DNA from: Pseudobdellovibrio sp.
GTDB taxonomy: Bacteria > Bdellovibrionota > Bdellovibrionia > Bdellovibrionales > Bdellovibrionaceae
Direction of reading: 5' to 3'
DNA length: 58,138 bases
NCBI GenBank assembly: GCA_031970595.1
Contig: DALYIB010000001.1
Location: forward strand, 1-58,138
The notes below the pieces were generated by a model. It saw nothing but the letters and a program-made list of their open reading frames with translations, had not been told where the DNA came from and did not search any database. Shown piece after piece: positions 38,384 to 49,396 of this stretch. Both the position numbers and the translations under genes were made by a program. Position 1 is the first letter of the stretch. Each line of letters begins with the position of its first letter.

Positions 38384-39544
38384 ATGAATATTCATGAATA
38401 TCAAGCCAAAGAAGTTCTTAGAAAATTTGGTGTAGCAACTCTGAAAGGTCAGATTGCAAGCACGCCTGAAGAAGCCGTTAAGGCGGCGCAAGCTATCGGT
38501 GGAAATATCTGGGTTGTTAAAGCTCAGATTCACGCCGGCGGGCGCGGAAAAGGTGGCGGCGTTAAGCTGGCAAAATCTTTAGACGAAGTTCGCACTTTGG
38601 CTTCACAAATTTTGGGAATGACTTTAGTCACTCACCAAACAGGCCCAGAGGGTAAAAAAGTTCACAAAGTATTTATCGAATCAGGCTGTAATATCGCCAA
38701 AGAATATTATGTCGCTTGTTTAATTGATCGTGCTACTGGCCGCGTTGCCATGATGGCCTCTTCTGAGGGCGGAATGGACATCGAAGAAGTTGCTGAAAAG
38801 CACCCAGAAGCAATCAAAAAAGTGGATATCGATCCAGCGACTGGATTGGGTGCATGGCAAGCGCGCGAATTAGCCTTCGCTATTGGTATGCAACCCGAAG
38901 TTGTGAACAAGGCAACAAAATTTTTCATGGGTCTTTATGAGGCTTTTGTTAAATGCGATTGTTCAATTGCGGAAATCAACCCTTTGGTTGTTACCAAAGA
39001 AGGTGATGTCCTTTGTTTAGATGCCAAAATGAATTTTGATTCAAATGCTTTGTATCGCCATCCAGAAATTATGGAATTGCGCGATTTGAACGAAGAAGAG
39101 CCGACTGAAATTGAAGCTTCAAAATTTGATTTAGCTTTCATTAAGTTAGACGGAAACATTGGCTGTCTTGTGAACGGCGCCGGTCTTGCGATGTCGACTT
39201 TGGATATCATTAAGCTTCACGGCGCAAGTCCTGCAAACTTCCTTGATGTAGGCGGCGGAGCAAATAAAGAAAAAGTCACAAATGCTTTCAAAATTATTTT
39301 AAAAGACCCTAACGTTAAGGGAATCTTGGTAAATATTTTCGGTGGTATTATGAAGTGTGACGTTATTGCTGACGGTGTTATCGCTGCTTCGAAAGAAGTG
39401 GGTTTGAAAGTGCCTTTAGTTGTTCGCCTTGAAGGAACAAACGTTGAATTGGGTAAAAAAATGTTGGCCGAAAGCGGTTTAAACATCATTCCAGCAAACG
39501 ATTTAACAGATGCAGCTAAAAAAATTACAGCTGCGATCAAATAG
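38384..39544 (+). CDS. sucC: Succinyl-CoA synthetase beta subunit
   Basis: [23 protein letters not shown] and NGAGLAM motifs. Confidence 0.98.
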   Translation: MNIHEYQAKEVLRKFGVATLKGQIASTPEEAVKAAQAIGGNIWVVKAQIHAGGRGKGGGVKLAKSLDEVRTLASQILGMTLVTHQTGPEGKKVHKVFIESGCNIAKEYYVACLIDRATGRVAMMASSEGGMDIEEVAEKHPEAIKKVDIDPATGLGAWQARELAFAIGMQPEVVNKATKFFMGLYEAFVKCDCSIAEINPLVVTKEGDVLCLDAKMNFDSNALYRHPEIMELRDLNEEEPTEIEASKFDLAFIKLDGNIGCLVNGAGLAMSTLDIIKLHGASPANFLDVGGGANKEKVTNAFKIILKDPNVKGILVNIFGGIMKCDVIADGVIAASKEVGLKVPLVVRLEGTNVELGKKMLAESGLNIIPANDLTDAAKKITAAIK

Positions 39545-39556
39545 TAGGATTCAAAT

Positions 39557-40426
39557 ATGGCAATTTTAATTAACAAAGATTCAAAAGTGATCTGCCAAGG
39601 TATTACTGGCGCACAAGGCTCTTTCCATACAGAGCAAAGCATGGCCTACGGAACAAAATTCGTCGGCGGTGTGACTCCAGGAAAAGGTGGCACAACACAT
39701 TTAGGCTTACCCGTTTTTAACACAGTTAAAGAAGCTAAAGAAAAAACTGGTTGTACTGTTTCCATGATTTTTGTTCCGCCTCCATTTGCTGCGGATTCAA
39801 TTATGGAAGCTGTTGATGCGGATCTAGATCTGGTGATCTGTATTACTGAAGGTATTCCAGTACTAGATATGGTTAAGGTTAAAAAATACATGCAAGGTAA
39901 GCGCACTCGCCTGATCGGACCGAACTGTCCTGGCGTAATTACTCCGGGTGAATGCAAAATTGGAATTATGCCTGGCCACATTCACAAAAAAGGCCGTATT
40001 GGCGTCCTTTCAAGATCGGGAACTTTGACTTACGAAGCTGTTGGACAGTTGTCTGCATTAGGACTTGGCCAATCAACTTGCGTTGGTATCGGTGGAGACC
40101 CAGTGAATGGAACAAATTTTATCGACGTTCTGAAGCTTTTCAATGCAGATCCTGAAACTGATGCCGTGATCATGATCGGCGAAATCGGTGGATCGGCCGA
40201 GGAAGAAGCTGCTGAATACATCAAAAAAGAGTTCAAAAAACCTGTAGCCGTATTTATCGCTGGCGCATCAGCTCCTCCGGGAAAACGAATGGGACACGCG
40301 GGTGCCATTATTAGTGGCGGAAAAGGAACTGCGGAAGCAAAATTTGCAGCATTAGAAGCTGCAGGTTGCAAAATCGCACGTTCTCCGGCAGATATGGGTA
40401 CAACTTTAAAATCAATGCTGAAGTAA
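39557..40426 (+). CDS. sucD: Succinyl-CoA synthetase alpha subunit
   Basis: QGITG, IGPNCPG and RMGHAGA motifs. Confidence 0.98.
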   Translation: MAILINKDSKVICQGITGAQGSFHTEQSMAYGTKFVGGVTPGKGGTTHLGLPVFNTVKEAKEKTGCTVSMIFVPPPFAADSIMEAVDADLDLVICITEGIPVLDMVKVKKYMQGKRTRLIGPNCPGVITPGECKIGIMPGHIHKKGRIGVLSRSGTLTYEAVGQLSALGLGQSTCVGIGGDPVNGTNFIDVLKLFNADPETDAVIMIGEIGGSAEEEAAEYIKKEFKKPVAVFIAGASAPPGKRMGHAGAIISGGKGTAEAKFAALEAAGCKIARSPADMGTTLKSMLK

Positions 40427-40453
40427 ACAGTTAAAGAAATATAAGGAGCAATT

Positions 40454-40879
40454 ATGGCTAACGAAAGAACATTCTCGATCATTAAACCAAACGCAGTTAA
40501 GAAAAATGCTATTGGTGATATCATCCACACTTTTGAATCAAAAGGTTTAAAAGTTGCTGCAGCTAAATTAACTATGATGTCTAAAGAAAAATGTGAATTA
40601 TTTTACGCTGAACACAAAGAGCGTCCATTTTTCGGCGAATTAGTATCATTCATGACTTCTGGTCCAGTTGTAATGATGTGCTTAACTGGTGAAAATGCAG
40701 TTTTAAAAAACCGCGAAATCATGGGCGCAACTGATCCTAAAAAAGCGGACGCTGGTACAATCCGCGCTAAACACGGTGATTCAGTTGGTGAAAACGCAGT
40801 TCACGGTTCTGATTCTGTAGCTTCAGCTGAGCGCGAATTGGCTATCTTTTTTGACAAGCACGAATTAGTTAATTTTTAA
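40454..40879 (+). CDS. ndk: Nucleoside diphosphate kinase
   Basis: ERTFSIIKP and NAVHGSDS motifs. Confidence 0.98.
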   Translation: MANERTFSIIKPNAVKKNAIGDIIHTFESKGLKVAAAKLTMMSKEKCELFYAEHKERPFFGELVSFMTSGPVVMMCLTGENAVLKNREIMGATDPKKADAGTIRAKHGDSVGENAVHGSDSVASAERELAIFFDKHELVNF

Positions 40880-40913
40880 TGTGAACAAGGTTCACAGGGT
40901 GTGAAACTCGACT

Positions 40914-42095
40914 ATGTCTGAGATTAAATCTTCAAAAAGGGACTCTGAACTAGAGTCCCTTTTACATTCAGAGCAAAGAGTCACAGTTGAAAAAATGGCT
41001 GTTGGCGGATCAGGCATCGGGCGTATTCAATTCAATGGAAAGCCGGTTGTTGTCTTTATTCCTTACTCTGCGCCAGAAGATGAACTGACTGTTAAAATTA
41101 GTCAGGTCGAAAAAAATTTTTTAATCGGCGAAATTCTACAGATCCATCAAAAAAGTCCACACCGAACCGATCCTCTCTGCGAATACTTTGGAAAGTGCGG
41201 CGGTTGTCTTTGGCAACATTTGAAAATTGATTCTCAGATAGTTCAAAAAGAGCTTATTTTAACAGATCTATTCAAAAAATTTCTTCCAGACGTGACTTTT
41301 TCATTGAGGCCCTCCATTCAGGGAGAGCAACCATTTCATTATCGTAATCGCATTCAACTGAAGCAAATCGGCAGTATTATTGGATACTTTAAACACGAAT
41401 CCCACGAAATTGTCCCGATTCAGAACTGTCAGATTGCTGAAAAGCCATTGCAAAATTTAATCAAAGATTTTTCTACAAAAGTAAGACCCTCTAAAGAATT
41501 GAAGAAATGGGAACTCAAAATTTCTCAGAATGACCAAGTCGAATATTATCCCGTTGGCGAGCGCGGCGAGGGAATCGCCTTTTCACAGGTCAACAGATCC
41601 GTTAATGAACTGTTGGTCAGACAAGTCGTCAAATTGATCCATGAAATACAGCCCAAAGAAATAACCGAATTATATGCCGGGGCAGGAAATTTCACTTTTC
41701 CAATCGCTAAAGAATTGCCTCAAGCTTCTATTACTGCTGTTGAGTTAGGTGGATCTTTAACGGCCAGTGCCGTGGAAACCATGAAATCTTTAAAGCTACA
41801 CAAACAAATCACCTTTTTTACTACTAGCTGCGAAAACTACACCAATTCAACAAAACCCGTTTCCAAGGATCTTGTCTTGCTGGATCCTCCAAGATCTGGC
41901 TGCCACACCGACGTCATTCGCAGGTTGGCCGTGGAAAAACCGGGATTCATCTTGTACATCAGCTGTCATCCCGTCAGTCTTGTGCGCGACATAAAGCCAT
42001 TGATGGCCAACTACACCATTGAGCATTTACAAATTTTTGATATGTTTCCGCAGACAGACCACTTTGAAACCGTTTGTCTATTAAAATCAAAATAA
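40914..42095 (+). CDS. RlmD/TrmA-family m5U RNA methyltransferase with TRAM domain
   Basis: CEYFGKCGGC, YRNR, ELYAGAG, DPPRSG, YISC and DMFPQT motifs. Confidence 0.9.
   Translation: MSEIKSSKRDSELESLLHSEQRVTVEKMAVGGSGIGRIQFNGKPVVVFIPYSAPEDELTVKISQVEKNFLIGEILQIHQKSPHRTDPLCEYFGKCGGCLWQHLKIDSQIVQKELILTDLFKKFLPDVTFSLRPSIQGEQPFHYRNRIQLKQIGSIIGYFKHESHEIVPIQNCQIAEKPLQNLIKDFSTKVRPSKELKKWELKISQNDQVEYYPVGERGEGIAFSQVNRSVNELLVRQVVKLIHEIQPKEITELYAGAGNFTFPIAKELPQASITAVELGGSLTASAVETMKSLKLHKQITFFTTSCENYTNSTKPVSKDLVLLDPPRSGCHTDVIRRLAVEKPGFILYISCHPVSLVRDIKPLMANYTIEHLQIFDMFPQTDHFETVCLLKSK
40935..40963 (+). terminator. Terminator-like hairpin downstream of ndk, inside the 5' end of the next ORF
   Basis: AAAAGGGACTCT-GAACT-AGAGTCCCTTTT. 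Confidence 0.7.
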
Positions 42096-42112
42096 AATCA
42101 AAAGTTTCTTGA

Positions 42113-42141
42113 TTGACTGAAATTCGTTGAATTACTAGCAT
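42113..42141 (+). promoter_or_regulatory. Sigma70-type promoter, probably giving a leaderless mRNA
   Basis: TTGACT-17nt-TAGCAT with the ATG only 6 nt after the -10 element; no SD sequence. Confidence 0.55.
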
Positions 42142-42147
42142 CAATTT

Positions 42148-42912
42148 ATGCGTATCAATTTCATTCTCGTATTATGTTTATTTTTTGCGTCTTGCGTAAA
42201 CACTGAAAAGTCTAGCAAGAATGCAGATAAAGCATTTTTGAAATTGCAAATCGGAGTTTCATTAATAGAAAAAAATGAACTTCCACAAGCTCTCAAAGAA
42301 CTCCTTGAAGCTGAAAGCCTCGACCCAGATAGCGCATTGGTACATAACAATCTAGGATTGGTTTATTTTCTAAGAAAAAAAACAGACTTGGCTATAAAAC
42401 ATTATTCAAAGGCAGTCTCTTTAAAGCCTGATTTCACAGAAGCTAAAAATAATCTGGCCCGCGTTTATATTGAAATCAAACAATACAAAGACGCTGAAAA
42501 ACTTTTGAATCAGGTCATTGAAGACTTAACTTATAACAACGTCCCCGCAGCTTATATGAATTTTGGTCTCATGCGCTTTAATCAAAAAAACTATCCAGAA
42601 GCTAAAAGTTATTTTAGGAAGCTTTTAGAGGTTAGCCGCGAAGACTGCTATGCGAATGTTTACTATGGCCGTTCTTATCTAGAGATGAATCAACTGAAAG
42701 ACGCCGCCGAACAGTTAGATAAAGCTGCGACTTATTGTAAGCCTTTCAATATCGACGAAGGACACTATTATTCAGCTATCGCTTATTACAGAATGGGAAA
42801 ACGCGATCGCGCTGTCGCTCGCTTCGAAGAAATCATTCAAACATTCAAAGAAAGCTTCAATAAAAAAAATTCTGAACAAATGTTACAAATTATAAAAAAG
42901 GGTCCAAGATGA
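42148..42912 (+). CDS. TPR lipoprotein, PilF/PilW/Tgl pilotin-like
   Basis: Lipobox FASC; TPR motifs (HNNLGLVY, AKNNLA); positioned before a rodZ-like gene. Confidence 0.8.
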   Translation: MRINFILVLCLFFASCVNTEKSSKNADKAFLKLQIGVSLIEKNELPQALKELLEAESLDPDSALVHNNLGLVYFLRKKTDLAIKHYSKAVSLKPDFTEAKNNLARVYIEIKQYKDAEKLLNQVIEDLTYNNVPAAYMNFGLMRFNQKNYPEAKSYFRKLLEVSREDCYANVYYGRSYLEMNQLKDAAEQLDKAATYCKPFNIDEGHYYSAIAYYRMGKRDRAVARFEEIIQTFKESFNKKNSEQMLQIIKKGPR

Positions 42913-43802
42913 AAATTACTGGTGAGTTACTAAAATCTGAAAGACTTCGCAAAGATTTAAAAATTCAAGACGTAGCCTATGCTTTAAAGCTCAATTCGCG
43001 GATCGTAACTGCTCTAGAAGAGGGCGATCTTGAAAACCTACCCTCAAAGACTTTTATTCGCGGTTTTGTTAAAAGCTACGCAGACTATTTAAAATTGGAT
43101 TCGAATGTTGTTCTTAGACAATTTCAAGAAGAAATGGGAAGTACTCACCCCGTTCCGCGTAGTCCACCACCTCTTCCCGAGGGGGCACAGACCCCGGCGG
43201 CTCCGGCTCCACAACCGACAGATCACGCTATTCAAAAAGATTACTCTTCGGGTTTTAACCAGAAAAACACTTTGATTTTTATTGGTGTTGCGGTTTCAGT
43301 TCTGATCATTGCAGGTATTAATCAAGTTATTTCTAAGTATCAAAAAGAAGCTCAACTCAGTCCGACTCAAAGCGATTCGAACGCGGCTCAGTCCGCTGCG
43401 GTTACAGCATCCTCGGATTCAACCGCAGCAATTAGTAACAGCACGGTCCCGGCAAGTACGGACGCAACAACATCTGCTTCGTCTGCTGATAGCACAACTG
43501 CCTTGGCCGTATCTTCTGATTCAACTCAGGTAAAAAGCGATTTTCCTGCTTTAGAAACATCTGCGGCTAAGCCAGTCGAAGTTTTAATCGAAGCAAAGAA
43601 AGATGTGCTTGTTGAATACTCGAAAGGAAATTCAACTGCTTTTCAAAAAATGAGTCTTAAAAAAAGTAATTTTCAGATTATTCGATCTGGTGCCGGGCTG
43701 CATTTGCGTATTTCAGATGGTAGCGCCGTTCACTTAACGGTGAATGGTATCAGCAAAGGATTGGCTGGTGCTAATGACAAACCTGTTCAAGTTACTTACT
43801 AG
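42909..43802 (+). CDS. RodZ-like HTH-TM protein
   Basis: TGELLKSERL...ALEEG...FIRGFVKSYA HTH, a central TM, a Ser/Ala-rich linker and a C-terminal beta domain. Confidence 0.85.
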   Translation: MKITGELLKSERLRKDLKIQDVAYALKLNSRIVTALEEGDLENLPSKTFIRGFVKSYADYLKLDSNVVLRQFQEEMGSTHPVPRSPPPLPEGAQTPAAPAPQPTDHAIQKDYSSGFNQKNTLIFIGVAVSVLIIAGINQVISKYQKEAQLSPTQSDSNAAQSAAVTASSDSTAAISNSTVPASTDATTSASSADSTTALAVSSDSTQVKSDFPALETSAAKPVEVLIEAKKDVLVEYSKGNSTAFQKMSLKKSNFQIIRSGAGLHLRISDGSAVHLTVNGISKGLAGANDKPVQVTY

Positions 43803-45138
43803 AACACTTTCAGAAAAAATAAATTATTTAATTTTTGCACTACTGCTTATTAAATTAATTATTGCCACTAGTACTCCCCTGGTTGGCGATGAAACGTATT
43901 ATTGGCTCTGGGGCCAAAACCTTCAACTGAGTTATTTTGACCATCCTGCGGGAGTTGGCGTATTAACACATATCAGTCAGTGGCTGACTTTACCGAATCT
44001 GGCCTTGAATTTAAGATGGCCTTTTGCACTCCTCAGTAGTTTGACTGTTTGGATCGGATTAAAAACTTTAGAAAATCTTCACGCAAATCAAAAACAACAA
44101 CAACTGTTTGTCCTTCATGCGCATTTGAATCCGCTAATTGGTATTGGAGGCATTTTAGCAACGCCCGACGTTCCTTTTTTGTTTTTCTGGGCACTCAGTT
44201 TTTATTTCGTAGTTAAAATATTACAAACTCAAAAAGCTTTTTACTATGCTGCATTGGGGGCTTGTCTTGGGTTGGGATTTTGCTCGAAATATCATGCAGC
44301 GCTTTTCCCCATTATCATTTTAATTTCACTTTACATCACAGGCAAAATATCACAAATCCAGATTCGAAAGCTGGTTGTAACTATTCTATTCGGCTTGGTT
44401 TTAACAATGCCTGTTTTAATATGGAATTATCAAAATGATTGGGCGTCATTTCAATTCCAGCTTAAACATGGTTTTGACACAAAAGGTTTTAATCCCTATT
44501 GGCTGCTCACATATATTGTTGCTCAAATTCTTTTGTTTAATCCTTTTTTGTTTTTAAATATCTTTAAGTCATTTAAAAAACAGCTCTTCCCTGCGGCTGC
44601 GACTATCAATTGGAGTTTTTTTTGTATCAGTGCGATTCGCGCGCCGGTTGAAGCCAATTGGCCAATTGCCTCTCATTATTTGGGGATGATTCAATCCGAG
44701 CCCGGCAAAACTTCTACGCATAGAAATGCAATTCGTTATTGGATTTTTTTATGGGCTTTGATTTTTATTGGACTCGCAACAGCTTTTGGCCAAAGCAAGC
44801 TAAAGTCATTACCTCAAAGCTGGAGCGCTGAAGAAATTTATCAGCAAATACAACCTCAATTAGCTACCAACTCGAATTTACGTTTGTTTGGTCCAACTTA
44901 TCAGATGTCATCACTCTTAAGTTATCTGACAAAACAAGAAATCAGAAAACTGCCAGGATTAACACGCTTTGATTTTTATGATGATTTAGCAAAAAAATCG
45001 TCTGTGCCTCAATCATTTCTAGTTCTTAAATATGATACTACGGATTGGCCTGATTGGATCAAAGAACAAAATCGCGTCGTGGAATTACAGTCTTTAACTG
45101 AATATAAAATGAAATTATATCGAGTCTCACATGAATAG
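43774..45138 (+). CDS. ArnT/PMT-like membrane glycosyltransferase (GT-C fold)
   Basis: DETYYW.W, YFDHP, TPD and SKY motifs; many TM segments. Confidence 0.85.
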   Translation: MTNLFKLLTRTLSEKINYLIFALLLIKLIIATSTPLVGDETYYWLWGQNLQLSYFDHPAGVGVLTHISQWLTLPNLALNLRWPFALLSSLTVWIGLKTLENLHANQKQQQLFVLHAHLNPLIGIGGILATPDVPFLFFWALSFYFVVKILQTQKAFYYAALGACLGLGFCSKYHAALFPIIILISLYITGKISQIQIRKLVVTILFGLVLTMPVLIWNYQNDWASFQFQLKHGFDTKGFNPYWLLTYIVAQILLFNPFLFLNIFKSFKKQLFPAAATINWSFFCISAIRAPVEANWPIASHYLGMIQSEPGKTSTHRNAIRYWIFLWALIFIGLATAFGQSKLKSLPQSWSAEEIYQQIQPQLATNSNLRLFGPTYQMSSLLSYLTKQEIRKLPGLTRFDFYDDLAKKSSVPQSFLVLKYDTTDWPDWIKEQNRVVELQSLTEYKMKLYRVSHE

Positions 45139-46276
45139 AGTTTTTAGTTTCTTAGCAGCACTCATCATTTTTTTTCTGATATATAGTTTTTATTTGTCTA
45201 CATTCGAATTTCAGCTTTTTGAAATGCCTTCGACTGTCAAAGTCAATTCTGTGAATCAGTTTTATGACTATCGAGTATCGGCCAACATTCACTCTAAATT
45301 TTCATTAGGTTCTGGAACATATGAGTCAATCGCACAAGAGGCCGCCAAGACAAAGCAGAATTTTGTCATTTTCACGGATATAAATATGCCTCAGAAAATT
45401 CAATCAGACCGCTATGACAATCGCATCGGATTGATATTTGCTGAAAAAATGATTACAGACGATCTGCGAACGATTCAATATTCGTCTGAAAATGGCACCA
45501 ACCAGCTTAGATACGCCGCACACCCTCTGAAATCTAATTACGATATTCAAGTTTTAGAAAAATCAGATTTTTCTGGAATGGAAGTTTTTAATCTTAAGAA
45601 CATTACTCAATCGGCTTGGAAAAAATCAAAGTTCTCAACTATATGGAGTTTGATTTTTTATCCGTTTAATCCACGTTTATCATTGATTCGACTTTATATT
45701 GAACCTACTGATGAGCTCAATATTTTTGACCAAATTTCTCAAAGAAAGAAATTTGTCATGTATATGGGAAGCGAAGCCTCAGCTCGAGCGATACCTATTA
45801 CAAATTTGATTATGAAATTTCCATCCTATGAACGAAACTTCAGCGTAGGCTCTCAACATTTATTGCTGAATTCCGAATTAACAGGAGACATCAAAAAGGA
45901 TCGTATTTCTGTGATCGAAGCGCTTCGCAACGGACAGTTTTATATTTCTTTTGACGAACTCGGTGAGCCGACTGGATTTGAGTCCTACTTGATTGCCAAA
46001 GACGGATCGCGCACTTTGATGGGTGGAACAATTCATTTTAAAAAAGATTTAAAATTGTTTTACAAATTACCGTCTGAACCGAACGTTTTTTTTGAAGTCG
46101 TTGTATTTAAAAATGGGGTTCGCTACGACCACTTAAATACCAGCTCGGGTTCTTTTTTGTTGAATGGCCCCGGCACTTACCGTTTGCAAGTCAGGCTCAG
46201 TCCTCGATTGCCTTTGCCAGACGCCGTCAAATGGCTCAGTTGGATTTATACAAACAACTTTTACGTTGAGCCCTAG
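45131..46276 (+). CDS. Membrane-anchored degenerate PHP-like protein
   Basis: N-terminal TM; NIHSKFS.G.G...FVIFTD, AHP and GMEVFN resemble a PHP domain with several metal ligands altered. Confidence 0.5.
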   Translation: MNRVFSFLAALIIFFLIYSFYLSTFEFQLFEMPSTVKVNSVNQFYDYRVSANIHSKFSLGSGTYESIAQEAAKTKQNFVIFTDINMPQKIQSDRYDNRIGLIFAEKMITDDLRTIQYSSENGTNQLRYAAHPLKSNYDIQVLEKSDFSGMEVFNLKNITQSAWKKSKFSTIWSLIFYPFNPRLSLIRLYIEPTDELNIFDQISQRKKFVMYMGSEASARAIPITNLIMKFPSYERNFSVGSQHLLLNSELTGDIKKDRISVIEALRNGQFYISFDELGEPTGFESYLIAKDGSRTLMGGTIHFKKDLKLFYKLPSEPNVFFEVVVFKNGVRYDHLNTSSGSFLLNGPGTYRLQVRLSPRLPLPDAVKWLSWIYTNNFYVEP

Positions 46277-46608
46277 TCTTCTTGCTGGATAGCTTTTATT
46301 TCAATAGTGGCTGACCCATTCAAGATGGTTTGACACGCCAGCCGCTCCGTAATCAAAAAACCTCTTTCCATCGCTCGCTCAGATTCAATATCACTGCGCT
46401 CGGAAAAATTTTCATTATTATCTCTGATTTTGAACTGACATGTCGTGCACGTTCCATGTCCGCCACACTCTTGAAATATGCTAATATTGTTAGCGTTCAG
46501 CAGATCCAAAACCGTGGCGGGTGTGTTAAAATTAAGCTGTGCTTGGCTCTGCGAGTCAGATCGTTGATCAACAGTGATAATGGTCAGTGTTTTTGTTGAA
46601 ACTGTCAT
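46273..46608 (-). CDS. 2Fe-2S ferredoxin (adrenodoxin-like)
   Basis: CGGHGTCTTC...RLACQ motif. Confidence 0.9.
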   Translation of the reverse strand: MTVSTKTLTIITVDQRSDSQSQAQLNFNTPATVLDLLNANNISIFQECGGHGTCTTCQFKIRDNNENFSERSDIESERAMERGFLITERLACQTILNGSATIEIKAIQQED

Positions 46609-46631
46609 AATAAGTATGTATCAAAAATAAT

Positions 46632-47243
46632 ATGAGATTCATAGCTTTTGACTTAGAAACTACTGGAACAGTCCCTGGCGTCGATCAAATCGTTGAAATC
46701 GGAGCTGTCCGATTTATTAATGGTGAGGTTGAGGCTGTTTTTTCAACTCTTGTTGATCCTCGCAGACCCATTCCCGCTGGAGCCTCTGCCGTAAATGGTA
46801 TTACCGATGACATGGTTAAAGGAAAGCCAAAAATTGAAGATTTGTTGGCTTCTTTTGCTGAGTTTTGCGGTGATGACATTATGGTTGCCCATAATGCTCC
46901 CTTTGACTCGCAGTTTTTAATCGCAGACGTAAAAAAGCATGAATCCATTGCGCCAAAGGGTTTGGTTCTTGATACTCTGGCCATCTCTCGCAAAGTTTTT
47001 CCAGGAATGCCCAATTATAAATTAGGAACTCTTGTTCAACATTTAAAAATTCCAACGACAGATTTTCACCGCGCCGAAGAAGATGCCACTTATTGTGGAA
47101 AATTATTCGTTGAAATGGTGAAGCGCATTTCTGTGGGTGGCAAACCTCCCCAAATTGAAAATTTAGTCTCTTTGACTGGGAAGGCTGAACTCAGATTTCC
47201 GCAAATTGAACGCCAGCCCAAACAAATGGGCTTTTTCATCTAG
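46632..47243 (+). CDS. DEDDh 3'-5' exonuclease (DnaQ-like)
   Basis: DLETTG, AHNAPFD and HRAEED motifs. Confidence 0.92.
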   Translation: MRFIAFDLETTGTVPGVDQIVEIGAVRFINGEVEAVFSTLVDPRRPIPAGASAVNGITDDMVKGKPKIEDLLASFAEFCGDDIMVAHNAPFDSQFLIADVKKHESIAPKGLVLDTLAISRKVFPGMPNYKLGTLVQHLKIPTTDFHRAEEDATYCGKLFVEMVKRISVGGKPPQIENLVSLTGKAELRFPQIERQPKQMGFFI

Positions 47244-47250
47244 ATTTAAT

Positions 47251-48879
47251 TTATTCTTTGGCTGAATGGGCGATCGGATAACGTCGCCCGCGTCCAAATG
47301 AATGTTCTGTGATTTTTAAAATCGGCGGAGCTTGCCATCTTTTAAATTCCGTCTTCATCAACTGCGCAAACAACCACTTGTCTGTATTCGATCGAAGCGG
47401 TTTCTTGTTTTGTACAATATTTTCTACGGCTTTATCCAGAATGTCGTACTCAGGTAAAGAATCCTGGTCCTTTTGATTGGGACGCAACTCGGCTGACGGC
47501 GGCCGAGTCATAATAAACTCAGGAATAACCTCATGATCTTTGTTGTAGACTCGACACAATTCATAAACTTGTCTTTTTGTTAAGTCTCCAATCGGCGCCA
47601 AACCACCACACATGTCTCCATATAATGTCGCATAACCGCAGGCATATTCAGCTTTGTTGCCTGTCGTTAATAATAAACTGCCGGATTGGTTGGAATAAGC
47701 CATCAACACCAAGCCCCGAATTCGCGATTGCAAATTTTCATGAACTAATCCGAACTGACTGATCTGCATTTTTTCATCAATAATGGATTTTATATTTTCA
47801 AAAATGGGTTGAATCGAAATCACATTCAGACGACAGCCAATGTTTTTTGCCAATTGTTCCGCAGAGGAAAAGCTTTCTGGTAAATTAAAAAGTGTCGGTA
47901 GAGCAAACAGTTCCACATTTTGTGGTCCCACGGCATCGGCAGCCAAACAAGCTACTAGCGCAGAATCAATACCACCGGATAATCCTAAATGAATTTTTTT
48001 AAGACCTGTTTTAGCCACAAAATCTTTAATTCCTAACACCAAGGCTTTTCGAGTCAACTCTGCCGCTGTCAAGCGGACAGGTTTGCGTTTAGTCCAAGGC
48101 TCGAGCGTTTCAATATCAAATAAATTATGGTCTTCTTCGAATGGTAATAAGCTTAAAACTGTCTTTCCGCGCTTATCGACTAAGAAGCTTCGGCCATCGT
48201 AAACAATTTCATCTTGGGCGCCGACCAGATTCACATATAAAGTGGGTGCCTTGAAATATTGTGCCGTTTTTTCAACAACAAATTGACGCTGTTCCATTTT
48301 GTTCAAATAAAATGGGGATGCACTCATGTTAATGACCAAATCAATCTTTTGCTTTTTAACTTTTTTAAGAGGATTTTCAATATACTCAGATTTAATTTTG
48401 GCCGATTTTCCCCAGGCCCAAATATCTTCGCATATCGTTACAAAAAATTTTTTGCCTTTAATTTTAAAAAAATTATTTTTGACAGTTCCTTTTTCAATAA
48501 AACGAGCTTCATCGAATACATCGCCCGTTGGCAAAAGCTCTTTCTGAAATCGTTTCAATATTTTATTTTTTGTACAAAGAAAAGCCGAATTAAAATACGG
48601 TCGACCTTTTGAGTTTTTATTCAGCTCAAAACCGCCAATCAACACGTAACAGTCTTTAGGAATGTTTTGAGTTAATTTCTTCAACGCTTTTTCTTGTTGA
48701 ATCACTAATTGTTGGCGCTCTAAAAGATCAAAAGGATGATATCCAAACAAGCTGGCTTCTGGAAAAATGATCAGTTCAGCTTTTTTTTCAAACAGCTGAT
48801 GGATCTCCGAGATAATTTTATCCTGGTTATATTGAAAGTCTGCTAGGCGACTATTGATTTGGCTGAGGGCTATTCTCAT
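47251..48879 (-). CDS. nadE: Glutamine-dependent NAD+ synthetase
   Basis: N-terminal nitrilase domain (FPE, ICEDIW); LSGGIDS, ENLQSRIR, GYATLYGD and PSAELRP.Q.D motifs. Confidence 0.96.
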   Translation of the reverse strand: MRIALSQINSRLADFQYNQDKIISEIHQLFEKKAELIIFPEASLFGYHPFDLLERQQLVIQQEKALKKLTQNIPKDCYVLIGGFELNKNSKGRPYFNSAFLCTKNKILKRFQKELLPTGDVFDEARFIEKGTVKNNFFKIKGKKFFVTICEDIWAWGKSAKIKSEYIENPLKKVKKQKIDLVINMSASPFYLNKMEQRQFVVEKTAQYFKAPTLYVNLVGAQDEIVYDGRSFLVDKRGKTVLSLLPFEEDHNLFDIETLEPWTKRKPVRLTAAELTRKALVLGIKDFVAKTGLKKIHLGLSGGIDSALVACLAADAVGPQNVELFALPTLFNLPESFSSAEQLAKNIGCRLNVISIQPIFENIKSIIDEKMQISQFGLVHENLQSRIRGLVLMAYSNQSGSLLLTTGNKAEYACGYATLYGDMCGGLAPIGDLTKRQVYELCRVYNKDHEVIPEFIMTRPPSAELRPNQKDQDSLPEYDILDKAVENIVQNKKPLRSNTDKWLFAQLMKTEFKRWQAPPILKITEHSFGRGRRYPIAHSAKE

Positions 48880-49258
48880 AATGCAAAATTTCCTTCTGGC
48901 TAATCATCTTACGACCTGTAAAGCCATCTTGGTAGCCATGATGAAAAGAAATTTGCGTTTCTGGGAATTTCCAACAAAAAAAGCCTTGTCCGTTGTCAAA
49001 ATCGACTAACCAAAGGCCCTTAGGCTTTGCACCTAATCGTTCAATTTTGTTCTGCCAACGGGTAATAATTACATTGATCTGTTCTTGATATTCCTGAGCT
49101 CGTTCGCTTTTTTTATCCGGCAGGGCTTCTAAACAACCCATCAAGTATTTGGCTTGTTTACTTGCGTCCTCAGTCATTCTGTACACCAATTGCAGGATGT
49201 CCTGAGCTTGACCCAAGCTGTAAACTCGCAATGTGTTATGACGAACGATCTCGATCAA
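48851..49258 (-). CDS. DUF2203-like protein
   Basis: LG..PKG..LVDF...CWK.PE..I..HH...GF.GR pattern. Confidence 0.75.
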   Translation of the reverse strand: MIEIVRHNTLRVYSLGQAQDILQLVYRMTEDASKQAKYLMGCLEALPDKKSERAQEYQEQINVIITRWQNKIERLGAKPKGLWLVDFDNGQGFFCWKFPETQISFHHGYQDGFTGRKMISQKEILHYENSPQPNQ

Positions 49259-49396
49259 GAGTGACTCCGTTTTTTAATGTGTTGTTTATTGGACAACTTA
49301 TTCAAAGTTTCAATCATGATTTTTCATTTTGAATAACTTATACTTCGCGCAAGGCGTCTAGGCTGTAAAAATTAGAAATAGTGACTTCGAAATAGG

